NCBI RefSeq assembly: GCF_009914755.1
Contig: NC_060947.1
DNA length: 64,000 nt
Origin: the human T2T-CHM13v2.0 reference genome, Homo sapiens
Strand: one strand, 5' to 3'
The translations under genes were made by a program, and so were the position numbers. This document shows, one piece after another, positions 41,335-54,285 of this stretch. Every line of letters begins with the position of its first letter. Position 1 is the first letter of the stretch. A model generated the notes under the pieces. It did no database searches. It saw only the letters and a list, made by a program, of their open reading frames with translations, and was not told where the DNA came from.

Positions 41335-43691
41335 GAGTTTGGAAGTATTTCCTTCTCCTCTGTTTTTCAAAATAGTTTGAATAGGATTAGTATTAGTTCT
41401 TTCAGTGTTTGGTAGAATTCATTATTTAAGCCATTGGGTCCTGGGAATTTTTTTTTTTTTTTTGCTGGAAGGTATTTTATTACAGCATTGATATTGTTAC
41501 TTGCTTTTGGTCTCTTCAGGTTTTCGATTTCTTCCTGGTTCAGTCTTTATAGGCTGTTGTATGTATCTGGAAATTTATCCAGTTCTTCTAGATTTTCCAA
41601 TTTATTGGCTTATAGGTGCTCATTGTAGCCACTAAAGATCCTTTGAATTTCTGCAGTATGAGTTGTAATGTCTCCTTTTCTGTCTCTGATTTTATTTATT
41701 TGAGTCTTCTTTTTTTTTGTTAATCTGGCTAAAGATTTTTAAATTTTGTGTATCTTTTTAAAAAGCAACTTGTTGTTTTATTAATCTTTTGTATCATTTT
41801 CTTCATTTCCAATTCATTTTTTATGCTCTGATCTTTATTATTTCTTTTTCTCTACTAATTTTGTATTATTTACTTTTGCTTTCCCAGTATTTAAAAATAC
41901 ATCATTAGATTTTTTAATTTGACATATATCTTCTTCTTTTGAAGTAAGCATTTAAAGCTATAAATTTCCTTCTTAATACTGCTTTCATCGTATCCCATAG
42001 GTTTTATGTTTTTTTGTGTTGTAGGTATGTTGTGTTTTCATTATCATTTGTTTTATGAAAACATTTAATTTTCTCTCAATTTCTTTATTGACCCACTGAA
42101 TCAGGAGCATATTGTTTAATTTCTATATGTTTACATATTTTCCAAAATTTCTCTTGTTATTGATTTCTAGTTTTATTCCATTGTGGTCAGAGCAGATGCT
42201 TTATATTATTTGAATGTTTTAAGGCTCTTTTTGTGATCTAAAATATAGTGTATTCTTGAAAATAATCCATGTGCTGAGGACAAGAATGTTTATTCTGCCG
42301 TCATTGGTGAAATGTTTTGTAAATATCTATTAAGTTCATTTTGTCTATAATGAAGGTTAATTCTGATGTTTCCTTTTTGATTTTCTGTCTGGAAGGTCTG
42401 TCCAATGCTGAAAGTGGGGTTTGGAATTATCCGGCTATTATTGTATTGGGGTCTGTTAACTCTCATAATATTTGCTTTATATATCTTGGTGCTCTAGTAT
42501 TGAGTATGTATATCTATATTTAAAAATTGTTATGTCCTCTTGCTGAATTGACTTCTTTGTTATTATATGGTGACCTTCTTTGTCTCTTTTTTTAGTTTTT
42601 GTCTTGAAATCTATTTTGTCTAAGTATAGCTACTCCTGCTCTTTTTTGCTTTCCATTGGCATGGAATATATTTCTCCCATCTTTTTATTTTTAGGATATG
42701 TGTGTTTTTATAGGTGAATTGTGTTTCTTATAGGCAACAGATCATTAGTTCTTGTTTTATTATTCATTCAGCCACACTTTGTTTTTCAAATGAAGAGTTT
42801 AGTCCATTTATATCCAGTATTATTATTGAGAATTAAGGATTTACTCATGCCATTTTGTTATTTATTTTCTGGTTCTTTTCTAGTCTTTTTCTCCTAATTT
42901 CTCTCCTTCCTCTCTTTCTTTTCTTTGGTGTTATGATTTATTTTCTTGGTATTTATTTTTTGTGCATCTGCTATATGTTTTCTGATTTGAGGTTAACAAG
43001 AGGCTTACAAATTTTATTTCATAACCTATTATTGTAAGCTGATTAAAACTTAATACTGTTTGCATAAAGAAGCAAAAAGAAAACTAATAAAAGCTGTGCA
43101 CTTTACCTCCGTTCTCTGCATTTTTTTATTATTTCTGTGTATATCTTGTTGTACTTCTTCTGTCTTGAAAAGCTGTTATAGTTATTATTTTTGATTGGTT
43201 CATTGTTTTGTATTTCTACCTAATATGAGTAGTTTACACATCACAGTCACAGTGTCATAATGTTCTGTGTTTGTTTGTGTACTTACTATTATCAGTGAAT
43301 TCTATACCTTCAGGTAGTATTTTCATTGCTCATGAATGTCCTTTGGGTTTTGATTGAAGTACTCCCTTTAGTGTTTCTGGTGTTGATGAAATCCCTCAAC
43401 TGGTGTTGAGGTCTGGTGTTGATGAAATCCCTTAACTTTTGTTTGTCTGGAAAAGTCTTTATTTCTCCTTCATGTTTGAATGATGTTTTTCCCATATACA
43501 CTTTTTTAGGGTATAAGCATTTTTTTTCTTGACCAATTTAAATATGTCATGCCACTCTTCTGTGATCAGTAAGGTTTCCACTGAAAAGCCTGTTGCCAGA
43601 TATATTGGAGATCCATTGTATTTTGTTTGTTCTTTTCTCGTGCTGCTCTAGGATCCTTTCTTTATCTTTGACCTTTGGGAGTCAAAGATAT

Positions 43692-43954
43692 ATTCCAGCG
43701 CAGCTAGAATATAAAGCAGGAAGAAAAATGTGAAAAGAGTAGACTTATCTAGCCTCCCAGGCTACATCTTTAGCCCATCAAACATTGGACTCTAAATTCT
43801 TTCGTTTTGGGACTTGGCTGGCTCTCCTTTCTCTTCACCTTCAAATGGCCTAATGTGGGACCTTGTGATAATATGAGTTAAGACTTAATAAACTCCCTTT
43901 ACATATATATATGTATATCCTATTCTGTCTCTCTAGAGAACCCTAATTAATACA
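43692..43954 (+). mobile_element. MLT2A LTR, 3' part only
   Basis: Aligns to the 3' portion of the HERV-L LTRs in this window (gctagaatataaagcagg...ctctagagaaccctaattaataca). Confidence 0.85.
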
Positions 43955-45058
43955 GTAGGGGACATTGTATCTGGCCACTTTCCCTGTTTCATTTTTGTCC
44001 TCAGTGCTTTGATTTTTCAAATGGGAGAAAATGTCATAGTTACGACTTCTAAAGTCTCTCGCACCTCTAAAATTTGGTAAAGAAAGAGGTGGATTTTAAT
44101 TTTTATAGGATTGTATTTTATCTTGCTTTTTGGTTATTCTGATATGTCTTATTGGAGTTGATGGATTTGCTAATCAAGCATTTTTTGAGAAATATAAATG
44201 ACCTCATTTAATACAGTTTTTATGTTAATATGCTTTATTTATAAAGGATTCAGTTTGAGTAATTCAATTTGCAGCATGAATAGTTCAATTTCCACGTATG
44301 GTATAATTTGGGATACAGTTTAATACAGTTAAGAAGTGTCATAGAACCGGTGAAGCCTTTGGATATCAAAATCCAACAAATATTTATAAAAACATATAGA
44401 GCTCTTCCCTTAAAAAGCATAAAAATGTACCTAATAAATAGCAAGTAAAAGTGGCATTAAAAGTTGAAGTGAGGAACACTTCTGTTTATTGACTTTGGAG
44501 GTAACCAGTTTTGTCAGAAAAAAAAAGTTATCTAGGAGTTAAATTTTCTATACAAGTACATTTAACTGTATCTTAATTTTATACGTTTTTAATATATTGC
44601 TCACTTATAAATCATATATTAAAGAGAAAGCTATTAACTGTGAATTCTATGCTTTAAATCATGCAGTGTACTATTATTTGTTTAGACTTACGATTGCATT
44701 TATGAGTCCAGATGGCAGTTGCTATAAAAGGCAATTTGCCAAAAGTGTACCTAATTGATATTCATTTAATGTGCACAGAAGTCACATGACTTTATCATTA
44801 TACTCCCCTATAATGTTGCCTTTCAGATACTCTGTGTACATACTTCGTGCTAATTCATTTTTCTCGGCATGCACACTCCTCCATCAAATTTTCCTTATTT
44901 ACACATCTACTTACACCGGTTCCTGACTTTTAATAAAGTCCAGAAATGCATCAATCAGGGAAAATCACCAAATTGTTTCTTATGCACAAAAGCTGGTTGT
45001 TGATTGTAGTTATCTCAGTTAAAAGCCTTAGAGGATTTGAGGCTTTTTATGCAGCATT

Positions 45059-45703
45059 AAGGATACTTGGCTGCACACAATATTACAATTATTAAATCCT
45101 AGAAATTCTACATTGAATAAGAGAAAATGTATATGTCTTTCAGGAGCTTATGCTTCACATCTACAAGGTTGCTAGTGGCAAATGTAATCCACACAAGCTA
45201 TTTATATAAAGAAGATAATTTGACACATGGGGGTTTAATAATTTTTAATGTATTTAAAGGCATTGACTAACTCAACAGCATATAAATATACAGTTCTGAA
45301 GAAAGCTCTCTTCTCTGGGTACTACATCAAGAACAAAGATTGAGAGGTTTACCTTGAAAGTATTATTGAATATGTGGGAAAGGATACTTGGCTGCACACA
45401 ATATTACAAGTATTAAATCCTAGAAGTTCTACATTGAATAAGAGAAAAATGTATATGTCTTTGAGGAGCTTATATTTCACATCTGCAAGATTGCTAGTGG
45501 CAAATGTAATCCACACAAACTATTTATATAAAGAAGATAATTTGACACATTGGGGTTTCATAATTTTTAATGTATTTAAAGGCATTGATTAACTCAACAG
45601 CATATAAATATACGGTTCTAAAGAAAGCTCTCCTCTCTGGGTACTACATCAAGAACCACAATTGAGAGGTTTCCCTTGAAAGTATTATTGAACATGTGGG
45701 AAA
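45059..45703. repeat. Tandem duplication, period 321 bp, 2 copies
   Basis: ggatacttggctgcacacaatattac at 45061 and 45382; about 19 substitutions by manual count (~94% identity). Confidence 0.95.
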
Positions 45704-45924
45704 TGTGGGTCCCTTGAGATGGAAGACACTTTAACTTTGGACCCTAGTGTTACTTTAGGAAGAATGAAAAAGATGAAAGAATTCCTAGAGAGTGGGAATA
45801 AAATTGTAGGAAACTAAGGCATATTAACATCAAGCTGCCCTTCTTTAAAGCAACTTATTAAAAGTCTCTGCTTATTAATAGACAGGGTTCTCTGATGTTC
45901 CTTATAAAATATGGTCTGAATATC

Positions 45925-46492
45925 AGTGCAGATCATGTATCCTTTCTTCAAAATGCTTGGGATCATATAAGTATTTCTGATTTCAGATTTTTTGGGGGTA
46001 TTTTGGAATATTTGCATTATATAGTCATAGACTGCATAACAACCTTTTGGTCAGCAGTGGACCACTATATAATGATGGCCTCATAAGATCATAATGGAGC
46101 TGAAAAATTTCTATTGGACAGGTTATCATTGAATTACTATTTCTGTACACTACTAAGTATAGTCACATGCTGTACAGGTTCGTAGCCTAGGAGCAATATG
46201 CTATACCATATAACTTAGGTGGATAGTAGGCTATATCATCTAGGTTTGTGTAAGTACACACTATGATGTTCACAGATCAACAGAATGGCCTAACAATGCA
46301 TTTCTTACTATGTATCCCCATCAATAAGAGATGCATGCCAGTACTTAACAAGTTGAGCATCCCAAATCTGAAAATCTGAAATCTAAAATGCTTCAATGAG
46401 CATTTCCTTTAAGTGTCATGTCAGTACTCAAAAAGTTTTGAATTTTGGAGCAGTTTAGATTTGAGAGATTTGCATTTGGTATAGTCAGCCAG
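45925..46492 (-). mobile_element. Tigger4a-like element with nested Tigger3 (Golem) derivative at 46022-46341
   Basis: Tigger4a text (ttttggaatatttgcattata|cttaacaagttgagcatccc) interrupted at a TA by tagtcat...atgcatgccag. Confidence 0.7.
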
Positions 46493-46624
46493 TAATAATA
46501 TCCCTTATAGTGGATGTCTTGCTGTGGAAGATATTCTCAGCAGGAGGACCATTAATTCCTCCAGCTCATGGAACAACTGCTCTGTAGATTTCAGTTATCC
46601 CCAATATTCCTCACTTCCCCCACC

Positions 46625-47030
46625 TGTGTTAGCCCATTTTGCATTTCTATAAAGAAATACTTGAAACTGGGTAATTTATAAAGAAAATAGGTTTATTTTG
46701 GCTCACAGCTCTGCAGACTGTATAAGAAGTATGGCATCAGCATCTGCTTTTGACAAGAAAGCTTTTAGTTATGAAGGAAGGGAAGGGGAGACAGAATGTC
46801 ACATGATAAGAGGGAGCAAAAGAGAGGGGAGGAGATACCAGGCTCTTTTAAAAAATCAGATATCATGGTAGCTAATAGAAAATTCACTCATTACTATAGG
46901 GAGGGCATCACGGCATTCATGAGGAATCCACCCCCCATAACCCAAATGCCCCCTACTAGGCCCTACCTCCAACATTGGGGATCAGGTTTCAACATGAGAT
47001 TCAATGGGAAAAAATACTTAAGATATATCA
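46625..47030 (-). mobile_element. MSTA/MSTB solo LTR
   Basis: tgtgttagcccattttgcat...aggtttcaacatgagatt...atatca. Confidence 0.85.
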
Positions 47031-47257
47031 CCTTCTGAAACTGATTCTGTTTTGAGGCCCATGAACATTTCCTGTGTGTGTGTTTTTTTTTTTCTGATGA
47101 AACAAGAATATTAACAAAGTGATTCTCAGGCCCTCTTAAATGCTTAAATTTGATTATTAACAAAAGTATCATGAAAATATTGGGTTATAAAATGATAAGG
47201 CTTTATTATGTGCCACAACATATTCCCTGAGTCATTTAAGACCTCAATAAGAAACAC

Positions 47258-47621
47258 TGTATTAGTTCGTTCTTATGCTGCTATGAAGGAATACCTGAGA
47301 CCGGGTAATTTATAAAGAAAAAGGTTTTAATCAACTCACAGTTCCGCATGGCTGGAGAGGCCTCAGGAAATTTACAATGATGGCAGAGGGCACCTCTTCA
47401 CAAGGTGGCAGGAGAGAGAATGAGTGCCCAAGAAGGGGGAAGCCTGTTATAAAACCACCAGATCTCGTGAGAACTAACTTACTATCACGAGAGCAGGATG
47501 AGGGAAACCACCCCCATGATTCAATTATCTCCACATGGTTCCTCCCACGACATGTGGCGATTATTTGAGCCACAATTTAGGATGAGATGGGGGTGGGGGG
47601 GAACACAGCCAAACCATATCA
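47258..47621 (-). mobile_element. THE1D-like solo LTR
   Basis: tgtattagt...ggcacctcttcacaaggtggcaggagagagaatgag...aaaccatatca. Confidence 0.9.
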
Positions 47622-48566
47622 ACAAGGAACATTCATAGTACAATTATTTGAGGAGGGCTTATTTATGAAGGGAATATTCATAAAGACATTGACAGGGTAT
47701 ATGGGAACCACAAGATTCAGTGTAAGAACCAAGAGAAATTGACACTGTTACTATCTCTAATCCTGAAAGACAGAGAAAGACAGTGGTTAATGAAACTCAA
47801 AGGGAGAGAGGTTTACGTAAAGCCCACTGCTTTAAAGAGCAGTCACTTTCTCATGAGAGGCACAGCCAAAGTAAAACCTCTTAAGAAGGGAACCAGAAAA
47901 ATAAATACTCAACTTCACTCTTCTCTCCCTCTGGTCTTTGAGTGCACCCTATTGGCTCAACCCAACTGAAGAAGAAGATAAAGAAGAAAAAAAACCCCAG
48001 AATCCAGAGGTGTAAACATGTCAGATATATTTATTTAACATATATGATGTGCCTTACATCATATATGATAAAGAACCTATAGGTTCCTTATATATATTAT
48101 TTCCTTTAATTCTCATAAAACCATGAGAGAATATTTTATTAGACCCACTGTACTGACGAGAAGTTGAAGCATAATGAGTTTAATTAATTTGACCTAAGTC
48201 ACACAGATAATCACCTTAGGTCTAGTCTCATAAATATCTGTATTTCTCTATGAAACTTATTATTATTGGCTAGGGTTTATTGAGAGCATACTGATTTTAA
48301 TTCTATTGACTATCCTAAGAGGTAGCTCCTGCTATTGCCATTAGACAAATAGGGAAACCGAGACACAGAGAGAATGTAATAACTTACTCAATATTATAGA
48401 ACTAATAAGGGACAACAGCAGGACTTGGACCCAGGAAGTCTGATTCGAGAGCTCAAGTTGTTTGTTAACCACTATAATATAGCATCTGCTGACTTCTCAT
48501 GTTTTTTTCTAAACTATTCTATTAGATTTGGTTTGTTTATTCTTTACATTATGAAGCATCAGTTAG

Positions 48567-48956
<390 letters not shown>

Positions 48957-49916
48957 TAAATACTTTGCTCCACTTCTTCATACCTTTCCCGAAGAAGGGA
49001 GAAATTCTTTCCTCTACCTTAGTAATAATAGCTTTCTGCTCCTGTGTGGACCAGACCAGTATTTTACCTCTAGGATTCTGGAACTGAGTTTCTGATCTGT
49101 ACAATTACAATGGCAAGATGATCTTGGGCTGGTGATGAAAAATACCTAAAGTTTCATATTCTGTTGCAAAATATACCGTTTTCTTTCAGAATTAAACCCT
49201 GAACTACCAACATCACCACAACAACAAAACACTAGAGAGGGTGTTTCTAAATCTGTTTTAATAGAATTAAATAAGTCCTAAATAATATTAAATCATAGAT
49301 CTCATGCTAAGTAATATTTTGTAATTTGTATCATTTTTAATACCTAAATAACACATGTTAACTTTAGAAAATACAGATAAATAGCAAGAAGAACAAACAA
49401 AGATCTCTAGTTTTACAACCTAGAGATAAGATTGTTTACATTTTGATGGAACTTTTTCTGGAATATTATCTAGTATATTCATTTGTATGAATTTATTTAG
49501 ATGGAAGTTTATAATACTTTTAAAATAATTTTTAAAACATGAGTAATATATGCTCATTGCAGAAGAAAATGAAATAATATAGTTAAACAAAAGGAATCAA
49601 ACTAGAAACCAACACAGAGAAAGCTAGTGTTAATGTTTTGGGGAATTATTCTACATTATTTTCTATGCATATATTTATGCATATATTTATATATACTGAA
49701 AACATTTCATAGAGGTAGAATCATGCTGTATGTTGGTTTCTGGTCTGCATAATATTCTTCTATTTGAGGGTACTGCCTCAATTTCTTTTTTTCTTTAATA
49801 AATATATTTTAAATACGTGAAGACATAAATATGTGAATATATATTTATTATACTTGTTAAAATAAATATATTTTAAATACATTAATACATAAATATGTGA
49901 ATATATATATATATAT

Positions 49917-52900
49917 TTATTATACTTTAAGTTCTGGGATGCATGTGCAGAACGTGCAGGTTTGTTACATAGGTATACACGTGCCATGGTGGTTTGCTGC
50001 ACCCATCAACCCATCATCTACATTAGGTATTTCTCCTAATGCTATCCTTCCCCTAGCCCCACATCCCCCAACAGGCCCCAGTGTGTGATGTTCCCCTCCC
50101 TGTGTCCATGTGTTCTCATTGTTCAACTCCTACTTATGAGTGAGAACATGCAGTGTTTGGTTTTCTCTTCTTGTGTTAGTTTGCTGATAATAATGGTTTC
50201 CAGCAACATCCATGTCCCTACAAATGATAGGAACTCATCCTTTTTTATGGCTACATAGTATTCATGGTGGATATGTGCCACATTTTCTTTATCCAGTCTA
50301 TCATTGATAGGCATTTGGGTTGCTTCCAAGTCTTTGCTATTGTGAACAGTGCTGCAATAAACATACGTGTGCATGTCTCTTTATAGTAGAATAATTTCTA
50401 ATCCTTTGGGTGTATATCCAGTAATGGGATTGTTGGGTCAAATGGTATTTGCAGTTCTAGATCCTTGAGGAATTGCCAGATTGTCTTCCACAATGGTTGA
50501 ACTGGCGTGAAATGGTATCACATTGTGGTTTTGATTTGTATTTCTCTAATGACCAGTGTCGATGAGCTTTTTTTCATATGTTTGTTGGCTGCATAAATGT
50601 CTTCTTTTGAGAAGTGTCTGTTCATATCCTTTGCTCATTTTTGATGGGGTTATTTGTTTTTTTCTTGTAAACCTGTTTCTTTGTGGATTCTGGATATTAG
50701 CCCTTTGTCAGATGGATAAATTGCAAAAATTTTCTCCCATTCTGTAGGTTGCCTGTTCACTCTGATGATAGTTTCTTTTGCTATGCAGAAGCTCTTTAGT
50801 TTAATCAGATCCCATTTGTCAATTTTGGCTTTTGCTGCCATTGCTTTTGGTGTTTTAGTCATGAAGTCTTTGCCCATGCCTATGTCCTGAATGGTATTGC
50901 CTAGGTTTTCTTCTAGGGTTTTTATGGTTTTAGGTCTTACATTTAAGTCTTTAATCCATCTTGAGTTAATTTTTGTATAAGGTATAAGGAAGGGATCCGG
51001 TTTCAGCTTTCTGCATATGGCTAGCCAGTTTTCCCAACACCATTTATTAAATAGGGAATCTTTTCCCCATTGCTTGTTTTTATCAGGTTTGTGAAAGATC
51101 AGATGATTGTAGATGTATGGCGTTATTTCTGAGGCCTCTGTTCTGTTCCATTTGTCTATGTATCTGTTTTGGTACCAGTACCATGCTGTTTTGGTTACTG
51201 TAGCCTTGTAGTATAGTTTGAAGTCAGGTAGCATGATGCCTCCAGCTTTGTTCTTTTTGCTTAGGATTGTCTTGAATATGTGGGCTCTTTTTTCGTTCCA
51301 TATGAAATATAAAGTAGTTTTTTTCTAATTCTGTGATGGAAGTCCATGGTAGCTTGATGGGGACAGCATTGAATCTATAAATTACTTTGGGCAGTATGGC
51401 CATTTTGATGATATTGATTTTTCCTTTCTATGAGCATGGAATGTTTTTCCATTTATTTGTTTCCTCTCTTATTTCCTTGAGCAGTGGTTTGTAGTTCTCC
51501 TTGAAGAGGTTCTTCACATCCCTTGTAAGTTGTATTCCTAGTATTTTATTCTCTTTGTAGCAATTGTGAATGGGAGTTCACTCATAATTTGTCTCCCTGT
51601 TTTTCTGCTATTGGTATATAGGAATGCTTGTGATTTTTACACACTGATTTTGTATCCTGAGACTTTATTGAAGTTGCTTATCAGCTTAAGGAGATTTTGG
51701 GCTGAGAGCTCGGAGGAATTAGTTATTACCCACCTTCTGAAGGCTACTTCTGTCAGTTCATCAAACCCATTCTCTGTCCAGTTTTATTCCCTTGCTGGCG
51801 AGGAGTTGTGATCCTTTGGAGGAGAAGAGGTGTTCAGGTTTTTGGAATTTTCAGCCGTTTTGCACTGGTTTCTTCCAATCTTCATGGATTTATCTACCTT
51901 TGGTCTTTGAAGTCAGTGATCTTCAGATGGGGTCTCTGAGTGGACGTCCTTTTTGTTGTTGTTGATGCTATTCCTTTCTGTTTGTTAGTTTTCATTCTAA
52001 CAGTCAGGACGCTCTGCCGCAGGTTTGCTGGAGTTTGCTGGAGGTCCGCTTCAGACCTCGTTTGCCTGGATATCACCAGCGGAGGTTGCAGACCAGCAAA
52101 GATTGCTTCCTGTTCCTTTCTCTGGAAGCTTCGTCCCAGAGGGGCACCTGCCAGATGCCAGCCAGAGCTCTCCTGTATGAAGTGTCTGTCAGCCCCTACT
52201 GGGAAGTGTCTCCTAGTCAGGATAAACGGGGGTCAGGGATGCACTTGAGGAGAGAGTCTGTCCCTTATCAGAACTCTAATGCTGTGGTGGTAGATCCACT
52301 GCTTTCTTCAGAACTGCCAGGTAGGGACATTTAAGTCTGCTAAAGCTGTGCCCACAACTGCCCCTTCCCCTAGGTGCTCTGTCCCAGGGAGGTGGGGTTT
52401 TATCTGTAAGTCCCTGACGTGGGCTGCTGCCTTTTTTTCAGAGATGCCCTGCCCAGAGAGGAGGCAGTCTGGCCCTGGCCGCCATGGCCTTGCTGAGCTG
52501 GGTTGGGCTCTGCCCAGTTTGAACTTCCTTGTGGCTTTTTTTACACTGTGCAGGTGAAATCACCTACTCAAGCCTCAGCAATGGTGAACGCCTGTGCCCC
52601 AACCAAGCTCAAGCTCCGAGGTCAGGCTTAGACTGCTGTGCTGGCACAAGAATTTCAAGCCAGTGGATCTTAGCTTGCTCAGCTCTGTGGGGGTGGGACC
52701 CACCGAGCCAGACTACTTGGCTTCAGCCCCCTTTCCAGGGGAGCGAACATTTTTGTCTTGCTGGTGTTCCAGGCGCCACTGGCGTATGAAAAAAAACCAA
52801 AACCAAAACAACAACAACAACAAAAACCTCCTGCGGCTAGCTCGGTGTCTGCCCAAATGGCCTCCCAGTTTTGTGCTGGAAACTCAGGGCCCTGGTGGTG

Positions 52901-53230
52901 TAGGCACTGGAAGGAATCTCCTGGTCTGTGGGTTGTGAAGACCATGGGAAAAGCGCAATCTCTGTGCCAAAGTGCATGGCACAGTCCCTAATGGCTTCCC
53001 TTGGATTGAAGAGGGAGTTCCCCAACCCCTTATACTTCCCAGGTGAGGTGATGCCCCACCATGCTTCAGCTCACCCTCCTTGGGCTGTACCCACTGTCCA
53101 ACCAGCCCTGATGAGATAGATGTACCAGGTTCCTCAGTTGGAAATGAAGAAATCACCTGCCTTCTGCATCGATCTCCCTGGGAGCTGCCGACCAGAGCTG
53201 TTCCTATTCAGTCATCTTGCCAGCAACCCC
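49917..53230 (-). mobile_element. L1PA7/8 with both ends present and a large internal deletion
   Basis: 3'UTR at 49917; ORF2 C-terminus ([19 protein letters not shown]); junction to the ORF1 start/5'UTR near 51707; 5' end GGGGTTGCTGGCAAGATG on -. Confidence 0.92.
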
Positions 53231-54154
53231 AGTATCTTATTTTTGATGTTTAGATTGTTATTTTCAAAAATATTTTATACTTAGTTTTGATAAACATCGT
53301 TATAGTTAAATATTTGTGATTTTTCAAGGTGATTTTCTTAGGCGAAATCTCAGAAGTAAAATTTCTGTGTTTAAAAAAGAATGGGCACTTTTAAGCTTTT
53401 GATTCATATTTTAAAATTACCTCTCAGGAAGAGTTACTAATTTACATTCCCACTGGTAGTATATGAGAATACTTATTTTTCCATGCACTTATCTATACTG
53501 AATATTATTTAAAAAGAGGAAAAATAACTAATTTAAGAGAATAATTTTTAAGAGAATAATTTTTGTTCATATTTCTTAATTATTCATATTTCTTAATTAA
53601 ATAACTAATTTAAGAGAATAATTTAAGAGAATAATTTTTGTTCATATTTCTTTTTTTACCTGTATAGAAAAAGGTTTTCTATAGGTGGTGTGTGTGAATT
53701 ATCTGTTTATGCAAGTGAAGGTATTTAGTCACAAAATATTATTTTATAGAATGACTGTGTAGCATTTAGAGGAGGCTAGAAAAGGGAGACAAATGGATCT
53801 GCATGGGCAAAGGGGCATAATTTTAAAAAGTATTTATCATAAGTTTAAGTAGTTGTAAAGAATGTAATTTCAGTGATAGTATAAACTTCTACATTTTAAA
53901 ATAAAACATTCATTTTCCTCTTTTAAATGTTTCCAATGGAATCTAAATACTGTATTGATTTGATTCCTATATCATTTATTTTAAAATTACATAAATTAGT
54001 TCAAAATATATTAACGATTGTAAAGTTTACATCATTACTTTTTCTCCTTTAGCTCATTTTTCCATTCTACTTTTCCTAGGGTATTTTATCTTAATATGAT
54101 TTAATTCTTAAAAACTAAATTGGTAATCTAATTATATTACTTTGGTAAAGTATG

Positions 54155-54285
54155 TGTGTATATATATATATTTAGATATATGTTATATCTAAAAATATAT
54201 ATATTATATATATGTATTATATATATTTATATAATATATATTTATATATAGATATATATTAGATGTATATTATATATAGAGAGAG
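54155..54285. repeat. Degenerate (TA)n microsatellite
   Basis: Interrupted TA runs followed by short (GA)n. Confidence 0.9.

Larger units (their letters stand above)
38281..43681 (-). mobile_element. Long L1MA2/3-like relic (3'UTR through ORF1) with many internal deletions, interrupted by THE1B and an Alu
   Basis: ORF2 remnants ([23 protein letters not shown]) and ORF1 remnant EGEIKTFPDKQKLRDF. Confidence 0.88.

Noticed and set aside
45021-45048. Hairpin aaaagcct...aggctttt followed by T, terminator-like
   Set aside because: An 8-bp AT-rich stem is expected by chance, and Rho-independent terminators are irrelevant here
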